A stretch of 64,000 nt of DNA from Lama glama (taxonomy: Eukaryota), in assembly GCA_028534125.1 (NCBI GenBank), contig CM052817.1, positions 79,486,001 to 79,550,000 of the forward strand, given 5' to 3'. Below, one piece after another: positions 36,750-48,753 of the stretch. The notes below the pieces were generated by a model. That model did not search any database and was not told where the DNA came from. It saw nothing but the letters and a program-made list of their open reading frames with translations. A program made the position numbers and the translations under genes. Every line of letters begins with the position of its first letter. Position 1 is the stretch's first letter.

Positions 36750-36900
36750 CATCCTACAGGTAGGTAGAGGTGTTCTCATTTTATAGATGAGAAAAGTGAG
36801 GCTCAGAGCCGTTAAGGTATTTGCTTTAGGTCACAATATTAGTGAATGATATTGCAGGAATCCAGTCTGGTATCCTTTCTACTGTTCATTTACTGCCTTT
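36750..36900 (-). mobile_element. MIR fragment
   Basis: CATTTTATAGATGAGAAAAGTGAGGCTCAGAG...AGGTCACA. Confidence 0.75.
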
Positions 36901-36954
36901 CTATGGTTCCTGAAGAGTCTAATGTAGGAGTCCCAATTTTTTTTTTTAAAGAAG

Positions 36955-36955
<1 letters not shown>

Positions 36956-36992
<37 letters not shown>

Positions 36993-37460
36993 TCGCGCGT
37001 GTGCTTATAGATGGGAGACAAATGCCTGTGGAACCTATCTGTCTTTTGGGAAAGTGCTCGTCTGTCTGCTAAGGGAGGTGTTCATTTATGAGGACGCACC
37101 CTTCTGATCTGGGAAGGTGTCCCTGTCTATGTGTGGGGTACCTCTGCATGTGGGCTCTGTCTGTACATGCTTATGTCTGTGAGGGGAATCCTGTGAGTGT
37201 GCTAGTACCTATGCACGTGCATCTGCATATATATGGCTCTGTGAGAGGATGTGCATGTGTGTGCTTGTCTTTGTGAATGGTTCTGTGCTTGGGTGCATGA
37301 GTATAGCTATATGTGCTTGCCTTTCTCTGCAAGGGCGTGCCCCCTCTGTAAATGTGTGCCCACCTCTGTGTGTGTGCTTCTCCCTGTGTTTCTGTCTCTA
37401 TGGGTGTGCTCTTGGGCCACCTGTCTCTCTGCATCTGTGTGTATGTGGGATGGAGGTTGA
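36956..37460 (+). repeat. (TG)16 microsatellite followed by a ~470-bp degenerate TG/TC-rich tract
   Basis: Perfect TG run at 36956-36988, then many TGTG/TCTGTG motifs. Confidence 0.85.
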
Positions 37461-37859
37461 GGGATGGGGAGGGTATTACTGTACAGACTACTCCTGAGGA
37501 TGACAGAAAGCTGGGGTTACTAACAGAAAAGATCCTGGCAAAGACTCTGAAGAGAGTACAGGCTATGTAAGCTTGGAGATCAACCAGGCTTAGAGATCTG
37601 ATTTACTGCTTAATCATGTAGCTTGCTAGCTGGAACATTAGTAATGCAAGTAAAACAAATAGGAACAACAGAACAAATTTAAAAAGTGGGATGTGAACTC
37701 AGCTAAATCTTTCTCTTTTAAAATAGAAAACCAAAAGCTGCTTTTAAATGCTTATAGATTCTCTATTCAGTATTTTTCTAAAGTGATTGTTGGAAGGAAA
37801 AAAGTGGTCTAGGTGTTTTGTTCAGTCTTACTTAAAATTAAAAAATCCATTTATTATTT

Positions 37860-38010
37860 CTGTTTGACGATTTAACATATTTATTGAGCACCTTCTATGT
37901 ACCAGGCACTATTGCAGGCACTGGGGATAGGATAATGAACACAACAGGAAAAATTCTTCTCAAATGGCGTTTACGTTCTAGTGGAGGGAGGTGATAATAA
38001 TAAATAAAGC
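37860..38010 (-). mobile_element. L2 3' end
   Basis: AACATATTTATTGAGCACCTTCTATGTACCAGGCACTATTGCAGGCACTGGGGATA. Confidence 0.8.
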
Positions 38011-38679
38011 AGAAAAAAAATTTGGGAAAATGGGTAGGGATTGTTGAGGGGGTCTTGCAGTGTTTTAGTATTAAGTATTTAGTGTTTATCATTTTTTTCA
38101 AAATACTTCCAGAGATGAATACCTTTATCCTTGTACCTTGTTGCTTTTAGGAAGTTAATGTAGCCATATTATTATCATATCAGTCATACTGAAAGAAGAG
38201 AATCAGTTATGCATGTCCAGCAAGTTGGAGGTCAAATTGAGAGTAGTCCTGTTTCCATTTTTATACAGACATCATTTGTGTATTTATCACTGCTGATCCA
38301 ATTAGGGGCTAGTCTGGACTCTTATTTTTTTCCCCATTCCTGCTTCTGTAGCTCATTTACCAGCCTTTATAGCCTCTATAATGCATTCCTAATGATAAAG
38401 GAATTTGTATTCAGGGATCTTGGTAAACTGTGCCGAAAGTAAATTTGAAAACAAATGACTTGAATGAGTTTGAGGTAAATTTTGATTGAGTTGTTTATGA
38501 CCTTGAAGAATTATATAATATATTCCTACTTGTATAACTCAAAGTGGGAAAAAAAAAATAATCTACTTTGCTTTTGTTATGCTTTCACATGCTGGATTTT
38601 CAAAAAGTCTAAGATCTATTTGTTTGTAGATATTTTTATTTTACTTAGAGGTACGCTTTGTAGTAAGATGCTCTGTTAT

Positions 38680-39620
38680 TCTTTCACACAGATGAGCCCT
38701 TCTGTGTATTAAGAATTGTTCTAGGCACCAGGGATACAACAGTGAATAAGACAAGTTTCTTCTTTTACAGAGCTTGCTTCATTCACACTGGGAAGGATTC
38801 AGATAATTAGCAAGTAAATATATATAGCATCGAGGAATGAGTGAGGAAAATATGGCATTGAGGAAAATAAAAGTAGGGTCAGTGGACTAGGGAGTGCTGG
38901 TTTGCAGGCAGGGTGCTGTGTTACATAGGGAAGTCAAGAAAAGCTTCATTGATAGGGGACAGTTCAACAGAAACATGAAACAAATAAGGAAATAGGTTAT
39001 TGTGAATACCTGGGGGAAGAACATTTCCTGGTTGTTCTTTTCCTGTTTCATTACCAAAATGGAGGCCAGTTTACTTGGAGTGAGGACCAAAAGGAGAGAA
39101 GAGTGAGGATCTTGTAGGATTTTATAGGTCACTGAAAGGACCTTGGTTTCAATCTGGGTGAGAGGAAGCCGTCAGGCAACTAGGAAAAAGGAGAGTGACC
39201 TGATTTTAGTCAGGGGTTTTGAAAGATCTGGCCAATGTGTAAAGCACAGGCAAAAGGGGAGTAAGGGAGGCTGTTGTGTTCAAACAGGTGCAAGTCAATG
39301 TGGACTTGGGCCCGAGTGGTGAGAACTGGCTGGATTCTGGATATGTGTTGAAAGAAAAGCTGACAGGATTTGCTCATCCTATCTGGGACATGAAAGAAAG
39401 AGAGCGGTCACATTTTTGACCTAAACAATTGAAAAGATTGACTTGCTGTTGATAAGATAGAGAATATTGTGGAGTAGGTTTGGGTGGGAAAATCAGGTGT
39501 TTGGTTGTATGTGTCAAGGGTAAGATACCTGTGAGACATCAAATTGGAGATATTTGAGTAAGCTGATGGATTTTTGACCCTGACATTTTGGGGAGAGGTC
39601 ATGGATGATACTGAGGAAAG
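38680..39620 (-). mobile_element. L2 fragment
   Basis: TTCTAGGCACCAGGGATACAACAGTGAATAAGACA...GGATTCTGGATATGTGTTGAA...TGACAGGATTTGCT...GAGACATCAAATTGGAGAT. Confidence 0.8.
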
Positions 39621-41006
39621 GCTTAAGCCTAATGATGATAGAGATTGACTTACTTACTTAAAAATGGATAATGATATTTATCACTATTAAGTCTTAGAAT
39701 ACTTCATATGTATTTAAAAAACCCAGTGTTTCTTATTTTTATTTTAATTTTAAGAATTTGACTTACAGCAAGAAAAAGGGGCAGACACTTTATGTAATAG
39801 CTTAGGGGACTGTCTTAGTTTTTAGTCATTTGATAAATCTAAAAAAATAGGAGAGAACATAGGTTAAGCTATTTTAAAAATATCAGAAAAGTTACAGGCC
39901 CTAAACATTAGTTTTTTGAAAGATTGGATTTAGTTTTTTGAAGGATTGAATTTATCTTTTTTTTCTTCAATTGTTGCAGGAAGTGAAGAGGGAAAAAAAC
40001 CTAGATTGGGGTAGAATTAAAAGTATTACTGTGTAAGAAATGAATGTTCTGATTCAGTTACGGTGTTTGACATTTCAAATGTTTTTTGCTAATGAGAAAA
40101 AATTGATTTTGGTGAAATTTGATACCTTACTAAAAATATACACCTCATATTTAAACCACAGCCTAAGGTACTGAAAAGAAAGTTAATAGTAATTCTCTTT
40201 ACCCATTTAAAAAAATTAAACTGTTCTGACTGGTCATATCTAATTTTAATTGCCTTTCAATTGAAATTGTTCAACAGAAATAAAAACAGATACAGGTTGA
40301 AGAAAAGTCTTAAAAAATCCTACATATACATAACAAAAGAAAGCACTGACTCTGGTACTGTTCTTCTGACTCTTTCTGGCTGACATGTGGTGCACTGTCA
40401 TAGATTATTTCCTCAGTAGAAACAAGTGCCCCATCTGTCACTTTATAGATGGGTTTACTACTTACTGTTGTTATATTATATTTAATGTAATTGTATCTTT
40501 TATTTGAGATTATTGTTTGAAGTCTACAGTTCATAAAATCTTTGTTTTGACATTGTGTAGTTTTAAAAAATAAATTAGTATATGAAAAATTTCTATGATG
40601 CAAAAGTTCAAATCTGTGTGATGTTTAATGCATCATACTTGAACATTTTACTATTTATATTTTAGCATAAACTATGGCTATAATGCGGTAAAGTTTTACT
40701 CTGTTAAAGGCACTTTGCTGTTCTTAGCATAAAATCTTTAAATTTTGGTGTTATACAACCAGAATCTAGAAATTAAGGTTGTCTTTAGAATGCTAAATTG
40801 AAATACTATATTAACATCAGCTTTTTTCTTTCTTTTGCTAGTGTTTTATTATTTTAAAATTTTGATTCTTCTTTATCACAGAATTCTATTTAAAATAAAT
40901 CATTTGAGTTACATCTGCTGTGGAAAAAGATTTGCTTAAAACTTTGACTAAAGTTTTTAAAAAGTTGACGGAAAACGTTTTTTTTCCCCTGTAATAACGT
41001 TTTTAG

Positions 41007-41193
41007 ATCCAAAGGCAGAGACCAGATTATACATCACAGTCAATGATTTTGAATTTCATGTCTATAACCGTTCGGATCTTTATGGACGTCTTCAAGAATT
41101 GTTTGGTTTGGAGCCAACAATAATTCCACCTAAGAAAGAAGATGATAAAACACGAGAAAATGGAAGAACAAGAACCCAGTCCAAAATTGAAAG
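41007..41193 (+). CDS. BLTP1: BLTP1 coding exon 5 (DPKAETRLYITVNDFEFHVYNRSDLY...QSKIER)
   Basis: TTTTAG| acceptor, AG|GTTGAT donor, 187 nt, frame continuous. Confidence 0.95.
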
Positions 41194-41519
41194 GTTGATT
41201 GTCACACTTGACTTTATTATTAATCTCCAATGTTCAGACATTTGCTTTTTTTAAAGTATCATTGACACTATTCACCTAGACACAGACTAGTCTTTCTTTG
41301 TAGATTAGCCAACACTTTATTCTTACAAATAATTATATAATTCTCTAAAAAATTCAAATAATACAGAATTTTGTAATGTAAAAAACCAGTCCTCATCTAC
41401 TGCTGCTCACCAGTTCTACTTCCCTCCCATGTTGTTAACTACTGCTGTCAGTTTTTTTTTTATCCTTTTGAGTGCACATATATACATCTATACACACATA
41501 TATATATACATTTTCAATT

Positions 41520-42200
41520 AAATATTTAATGGATAGTATGTCCCAGGCACTGGGATGCTATGACAACTGTTCTGTCTTGGAATTTATGGCCTAGTATGGG
41601 AGTTAGAGCAGTTACTAGGCAATTTTAGAGCAAGAAGTATAACATAGGGTCAAGAATAGAATTCTGTAGGCATATATAGAAGGATCAGGGAGGGCTGAAA
41701 CCTTAGGGGTAAATGAATTAAGCAAAGTAGATGAAGAGTCTTCTACAGAGAAGAAACTTCATATGCAATAGGGAAGTTGTTTCCTGAGGCTGGAGTGAAT
41801 TACTTGAGGTGGGGATAAATTAGACTAAAATGGTTAGCAGAGTCCGGGTGTTAGAAATTTGGCTTTACCCCAGGCAGCAATGTTGTGTTGTGATTGGAGG
41901 GAGGTAAGACTGCAGGCAGAGAGACCAGCTAGAAGGATGTTGTAACAATTCAGAGAAGAGGTAATTGTCAACTGGATTGTGACCAGAGGGCAGGGAGAGA
42001 TGTGGCTGGATTCCAGATACAGTTAAGGCAAATGAATACTCAAGAGAGTGATAGATTAGATATGGAGAACGAGTAAGAACGATGAGTCAACAATGAATCC
42101 AAAGTTCTAATTTAAGTCATGCTTAGTCAGAGAACCTTAGAGAAAGAGGAGATTAGGGGAGATAGTGAGCTTGGCTTTGACTTTAGTTTTATGCACTGAG
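41520..42200 (-). mobile_element. L2 fragment
   Basis: TATGTCCCAGGCACTGGG...GGCAGAGAGACCAGCTAGAAGG...GGATTCCAGATA...GATTAGATATGGAG. Confidence 0.7.
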
Positions 42201-42395
42201 GGCTACCCTAAAACTTAAGTGGCCTGAAAATGGCTTTAGAAGTGTGACTTAGGAGTTAATCAGGTTATTCAAGGGATGGGCCCTGAGTTTTCATATGAAA
42301 TCTTCAGTGAATTGCTGTGAATTTTTTGTTTCTTGAATTTTGTGTACTTTGTATATGGCCAGTTTCTTTTTTCTTACTCTTGATATATCATTTTC

Positions 42396-42495
42396 NNNNN
42401 NNNNNNNNNNNNNNNNNNNNNNNNNNNNNNNNNNNNNNNNNNNNNNNNNNNNNNNNNNNNNNNNNNNNNNNNNNNNNNNNNNNNNNNNNNNNNNN
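42396..42495. other. Assembly gap (100 N)
   Basis: Run of N. Confidence 1.
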
Positions 42496-42750
42496 ATTCA
42501 TGGACATATACACACTCATTGTCACATTTTTTTCTCTGTGATTTATCATAACATTTTGTGTATATTTCCCTGTGCTATACAGTGTAATCTTGTTTATCTA
42601 TTCTACAATTTTGAAATCCCAGTCTATCCCTTCCCACCCTCTACCCCCCTGGTAACCACAAGTCTGTATTCTCTGTCCATGAGTCTATTTCTGTTCTGTA
42701 TTTATGCTTTGTTTTTGTTTGTTTGTTTGTTTTTGTTTTTGTTTTTTAGT
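42496..42750 (-). mobile_element. Young L1 3'UTR fragment (camelid type); its tail lies in the gap
   Basis: TATATTTCCCTGTGCTATACAG...CCCTGGTAACCACAAGTCTGTATTCTCTGTCCATGAGTCTATTTCTG; complementary to ~27860-28090. Confidence 0.88.
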
Positions 42751-43241
42751 GTTTTCACTTTTTGAGAGGAAATTATTTTGGCACGAAGTGGTGAGGTTAG
42801 GGAAGGAGAAGGGTCAGCTTCACTGTCAGAAGTGTTTAAAACACTTAAAACATCAGTGACTTGTACTTTGGTCATTTTTGTTTTAATCATAATTTTGGCT
42901 GTCTTGTGAAATGTTGTAGTGTAATGGGCATAATGGTAGATGTAATGACAGCATATCCTAATTTATACTTCTGTCTGTAAGCTTGTCATTCTAAAAATAC
43001 TGTTTTGTTGTTAAAGCTTGCCTGTGTAAAAATTGATACATGAAGAGTACATTCTAAGAGTACTAAATGTTAGGGATATTAGTGTTCTATTAGATGGTCA
43101 TCGTTTTGCTTACTGAGCAGTCATTAGATGTATTTGGAAAGGTACAGCTGGTATTAATAATGTGTATTGTGAGGAGTCAGCTCTATTCTCAGGTATTCAA
43201 GTTTTTTTTCCTGTATGTCAATTTTTGTCATTTCTTCTCAG

Positions 43242-43323
43242 AGTTAAAGTAAAAACAGAATCTCAAGACCCCACATCTTCATGGAGATCACTTATTCCAG
43301 TCATAAAGGTCAATGTGAGCACA
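43242..43323 (+). CDS. BLTP1: BLTP1 coding exon 6 (VKVKTESQDPTSSWRSLIPVIKVNVST)
   Basis: CTCAG| acceptor, ACA|GTAAGT donor, 82 nt. Confidence 0.95.
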
Positions 43324-43681
43324 GTAAGTAAATTTTACTACAATTAATGTTTGATGGGTTAATAACAGAATCTAATTTTCACTTAAGAAGATAATTTTGT
43401 AGAGTTTTTTTGGTTCCATTTTTCATAAAGTAAAAGAATTATTTCAATACCAGTACCATTTTAGCACAAATATATTAGACCTTAAAGGCTATTTATTTAT
43501 TTACAAGGGCTTAAATTTCTTTAAATACTGGTCTAAATTGGTCAGCAGAGTAATTTAAATAGTATAGAGTGCTAAAGTGGAATCATTTAGTAGTTACTTG
43601 AAAATGCTTGTTATTAGATCAACTAAGGAAAAACAGTATGGCCTGAATAGTATGGCATAATATCTCTTATCTGTTTTTTAG

Positions 43682-43875
43682 GGACGTTTGGCTTTCGGAA
43701 ATCATTACCAGCCTCAGACTCTATGCATCAATTTTGATGATGCTTTCTTAACTTACACTACAAAACCACCTTCCAGTCATCTTGACCAGTTCATGCATAT
43801 TGTGAAAGGAAAGCTTGAAAATGTTCGAGTCATGCTGGTTCCTAGTCCGAGATATGTTGGTCTTCAAAATGATGA
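43682..43875 (+). CDS. BLTP1: BLTP1 coding exon 7 (GRLAFGNHYQPQTLCINF...YVGLQNDE)
   Basis: TTTTAG| acceptor, GA|GTAAGA donor, 194 nt. Confidence 0.96.
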
Positions 43876-45885
43876 GTAAGAAAGTCATAAAAATAACAAA
43901 TAACTTCTTTATATCTAGTGTAGCTATCATTTAGAATCCTTAGCATCCTTTTAATTTTTTTGCTGTAAGTTGGGCAATAGGTATATTTCCCTATTAAATC
44001 AATTGGTAATATTCCTGTTTTATAAGATAAATGGATGTGTTATCCATTGGTAAACTTCTATTTTAATATTTTACTATAAGCTTATAAGTAATTTTTCTAT
44101 CTTTTTCTCCTCACTGTATTTGGGAAACTTATTTTGGGCAGTTAAGCCGTGATATTTGTATGTTAGAAAATACACATTACAGGTAGGTTTTTATTTTCAG
44201 AAGGGATGGATAAATAGTAAATTCAACAAATACATAGTGGAATACCATTTGAGTTAACGATAAGTTAAAAATTGGATAAGAATTACTCTTGGAAAACTGA
44301 TGAAGTTAGAACAGTTTTGGAACTTGTTTGACATTTGAGTCCCAGTCAGTTTTCCATGTGGCTTTCCTGACTTGCTTTCCTTCAGTGAAGTAGCTGCTTA
44401 CATTTAGGAGACACAGAGTAATAAGGATCCACATTAGCGTCACCCTCACTGTGATGGGATGCTTTCATTCCAGTGAACTGGGACCCTCAGGTAATAGCAG
44501 ACGTATGACTCCCATCTGGCCCCAGGCCACGTGCTCATGAGTGAGATGAGCGCTTTTGTAGTCTTTGTTATTCTCAATCTCTATTCTTTTTTGTGAAGAA
44601 GACTCTATAGGAGACTCTATGATTGAATTTGTGTAATTTAAGTATTCATATGATGAATTTCCACTATGTCTCAGCTTTTATTTTTTGTGTGTAGGCAATA
44701 TAAAATTTGAGGTTATGAGACGCACGATTGTTCCTTTCTGGTTCCAGCTTTCTGGCTATCTTGCTATTAGAATTTCTAGGGATTGGCAAGGATGATAGAG
44801 TCATTTTCCCTACTTGACTACCAGAGAGGCTGTGGGTCTACCTGGTTTCACTCTTCAGGATCACTGAGTTTGCTGAGCATCTTCTGGAATGTGGGCTACG
44901 CACAGAGTTCTGTATTTATGGGTACAAGTTGTAATCCTGAATAAATAAATCTGTATTTCTGTGAAAATTACTAGAGAGTAAAATGCAAAAGTAATCTGCT
45001 ATTAATTTGTATAAAAAGATTTTAAATTATATGTTTCCCTCTTCAAAAGTAAGCATGGAGATTAACTGATGTAATTATACACTAACCTTTGTGGTTTAAT
45101 ACATATTTAGAAGATGATGGCTAAATCTGTGTATGTTATATTATCTAATGATTGAGAGGTTAATTTTTTATGCGGATGAAAGATGTTGTGATGTATGACA
45201 AAGAGAAATTTGTTAAAGCAAGTAAAGATTAACAGTTTGTGGGAAATTAATTGACAGTATGGAAACATTCATCCCAGAATTTGAGTTCAAGATGTTTGCT
45301 TTAAATTTAGTTCAATTTATTTCAAGTTGACCAACTAAATATTCTTAGAAATAGATAATATAAAATTGTTAAAAATGACCTAACATTTTTTCTTATTTAA
45401 TGTTTCTGAAAGATTGTACTTTATTTTACAGACATATAAAATGATATTTCTTATTATTTTGTATTGTTATTTATATAAAATGGTTGAGTTTTGTCTAATT
45501 TTAAATATTCTGTTGCAAATGCAGAATATGATTATTCTGTTCCAGCAAACATTGTTCTTCCATCATACTTAATTAAACTTTGATTTAAATTGATTTTTCT
45601 CATTCAGAACTTAAAATGAAACATGAAAAACAGATTTTTTTTTCCTTCTTGAACCAATTTACTGATCAAAAATTTTTAGTACCATTTTATTATATAGTCT
45701 AATATAGAAAGCAGTTATGGAACAACTTATTGTATATGTGAAAGATGTTTTCCCTTTTCAAGATGCTGCACCTGATTGCTTTTCAGTTTTTTTGTTTGTT
45801 TTTGCTTATTACCGTTTAATTAGAATAGTGAACATTTTATATTTGGAGATGTACTTAGTTTGTGTTTCCCCCCTTCTTTGTATAG

Positions 45886-45965
45886 ACCGCCAAGATTAAT
45901 GGGAGAAGGTTTTGTGGTGATGCAGTCAAATGATGTTGACATCTACTATTACATGGATGAGCCAG
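45886..45965 (+). CDS. BLTP1: BLTP1 coding exon 8 (PPRLMGEGFVVMQSNDVDIYYYMDEP)
   Basis: TATAG| acceptor, CAG|GTATTA donor, 80 nt. Confidence 0.96.
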
Positions 45966-46439
45966 GTATTATTTTTTGAAAATAAGTTTCATAGCTGCAA
46001 TTCTGTTTCTTCTATGAAATGCTAATATCTAATAATATTTTAAGTCTCCCTACTTAGGATGTAAGTAAACATTGATAATGGCAAATGTAGATGTAAGAAT
46101 GCCTACCTAAAAAATATGTCATTTGTCAACAGTTGAATATTATGTATCAGATCAAAAGAGAACAGTATAGTAATCTTTCCTTCAAATTCCATTTTCACAA
46201 ATATACCTCAAAAATTGTGAATGCAAGTGACCATGAGAGAAAACTTTTAGAGAATATGGTAGTAGTTAAGGAGTTCATGCTGGCTTAGGAAAAAAATCAC
46301 AGTAAGTTAGATTTGAGGCTTAAATATTAAGGGTTGAAGTCCAGCTAGTTTCAGTATTTCACAGGCGGCCTCAATTTTATAAAAGCAGCTAAATACTGAA
46401 TTTTTAGCCCTTTTTTTCTAATTCTCATTTTTTTTTATA

Positions 46440-47739
46440 CATTTCAGGAGGTTTATGAGGTTAAAATATTTTCAAAATTAGGATGTTATTTGCTTTTTTT
46501 TAAACCATGTTGTACTAATGATGCAAAAGATACATGGTGGGTAAAACCACTGGTGCTTTAACACGAGTCGAGGCAGTGGTTCCAAACTGTATTAGTCATC
46601 ACTGCCACACACTCACAATAAAAGTAACAAATGCCAGTATCATTTTACAGTGTTTTTGATCAAGCAGTAAAAATTATTTTCATCAAATCTTGACCCTTGA
46701 GTGAACTTTTTAATGTTCAGTGTGATAAAATGATAAGTACATATACTACACTTCTGCTGCATAACAAAGTACACTTTTATTTTGTGAAAAAGCACTTGTG
46801 TGATTGGTTCCAAGCTGAACTATTTGCTCCTTTCATGGAACACCAGTTTTGCTTGAAAGAGCAACTAGGGACAAACTATGTTTCTGAGTTTTCATGTGAA
46901 AATTAGAATTTTTAAATTTGGGTCTGCCACTATGCATTTGATGACTTTTCTGATGAGACCACTAGTGATAGTAACAATATGATTTTTTAAATGTTTAATG
47001 AAATTTGTCTATTTGGAAAAAATATGCATGTCTCAGTGAACCAATATTTTCCAGATGACCAATGTATGATGTTGGTAAAAGATTTATTCAAAATGCAAGT
47101 GAGATCAGTAAATTTTCACCTATCAGGGTATGAAAATTTGAGTGATATGATTTTAGATTCCATACTGCAGATAATCTTTAAGAAATTATCATTTGTTGAA
47201 TTTTGGTGTGGTGTCAAAGAATATCCAAAATTATCTGGAAAAGCTATTAAAATATTCCTCCTTTTTCTGCCTGCCTATTTGTATGAGGCTAGGATTGAAG
47301 GATTTTCTTCAAATCCTGAACAACAGATCAAATGTAGAAAGTTATGAGAATTTACCTGTTTTCTACTAACCTGGGCATTAAAGAAATTTGCCAATATAAA
47401 AATATTGCCAGTACTTCTCACTAAATTACTTTGTTTTAAAAAATATGGTTATTTTGATTTAAAAATATTTTCATTAAAAATGAATTAAAATTCATTTATT
47501 TTCATTAAAATACAGTTATTTTCCACATATTTTTATTACATTTTATTAAACGTTTCATTATGTCAACATGTAATGAGTTTACTTTAAAAATAAAATTTAA
47601 AAATATTGCTCAGTTCAGATTTTGAATACAGTATATTTTTGATAGGATATAGTGCAAAAAAAAATCCAACTTTGGGATCCTGAATAATTTTTTAGAGTGT
47701 AAAGGGTTCCTGAGATCAAAAAGTTTTCTAGAACTGCTG
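46440..47739 (+). mobile_element. Charlie1a-like hAT DNA transposon remnant
   Basis: ATGGTGGGTAAAACCACTGGTGCTTTAACACGAGTCGAGGCAGTGG near the start; ORF 46991-47347 retains hAT dimerisation-like FW..KEYPKLS.KA....FLP.YLYEA; ends GAGATCAAAAAGTTTTCTAGAACTGCTG. Confidence 0.85.
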
Positions 47740-47805
47740 ATCTAATGAAACGTTTTAATGGTTATTTTAATTAACTACCTTCATATTGTATATTCTGCAT
47801 TATAG

Positions 47806-47956
47806 GACTTGTTCCAGAAGAAACAGAAGAAAATGTTGAAGGAGAAGTGAGCAGTGAGGATTGCAAATTACAAGATTTACCTCCATGCTGGGGACTAGAT
47901 ATAGTTTGTGGTAAAGGAACAGATTTCAACTATGGGCCATGGGCTGATAGGCAGAG
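47806..47956 (+). CDS. BLTP1: BLTP1 coding exon 9 (GLVPEETEENVEGEVSSEDCK...YGPWADRQR)
   Basis: TATAG| acceptor, AG|GTACTT donor, 151 nt. Confidence 0.96.
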
Positions 47957-48342
47957 GTACTTGATTAAATTATATTTCTATTAAGTCTTTCAAATGTATT
48001 GGGATAATACTATAATTTTTATTAAAAACTACCATAGTATTTTAGAAGCTATTTTATTATGCAGGGTGAGATGTCACTAAACAGTTTAATCCAAATAATA
48101 ACTTGTTTGTAGAGAAATTGGCAAAAGCAAGTTTGCTCTAAAGAAGCTAATTCATTAGAAAAATGGTGGATGAGCCGCATATTTATTGGTTCCTTTGTTT
48201 TTACTTTCGTATTTAATCAAGAAATATGCCAGAGATAGAAGACATATATAGTTCAGTTTTAGGAAAAAAGAAACAAAAGAGTTTTATTAAGTGCTATAAT
48301 ACAAATAAGTAAAAAGTCTGGATCAAGAATTTAGAAAAATAC

Positions 48343-48753
48343 TGTATTAGTTTACTAAGGCTCCCATAACAAAGTGCCACAGACTGTGTGGCTTAACAGA
48401 AATTTCTCATAGTTCTGGAGGTTAGAATTCCAGAATCAAGGTGTTGGCGGGATAGGTTACTTCCGAGATCTGAGGGAAGGATGTGTCAAGCCTTCCTCCT
48501 TGGCTTGTGGATGGTCATCTTCTTCCTGTGCCTTCACATGGTCTTCCCTCTTATGTGTCCTGTAGGTCTCTGTGTCCAAATTTCCTCTTCTTAGCAGAAC
48601 ACCAGACATACTGTATTAGGGCCCACTCTGCTGACCTCATTTTAACTTAACTACCTCTCTAAAAACCCTGTCTCTGACTATGGGCAAATCTGAGGTCCTG
48701 GGGATTAGGATTTCAACATAGAAATTGTAGAGGGACACAGTTTAGCCCGTAAT
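48343..48753 (-). mobile_element. MLT1A/B-type MaLR solo LTR, near full length
   Basis: TGTATTAGTTT...CATAACAAAGTGCCACAGACT...GACCTCATTTTAACTTAA...GGGACACAGTTTAGCCCGTAA. Confidence 0.88.

Noticed and set aside
37088..37570. Cys/Val-rich ORFs resembling metallothionein-like peptides
   Set aside because: Translation of the degenerate TG repeat.
46991..47347. 118-aa transposase-like ORF as a possible domesticated hAT gene
   Set aside because: Short remnant of an internally deleted Charlie1a, lacking the catalytic core and surrounded by stops.
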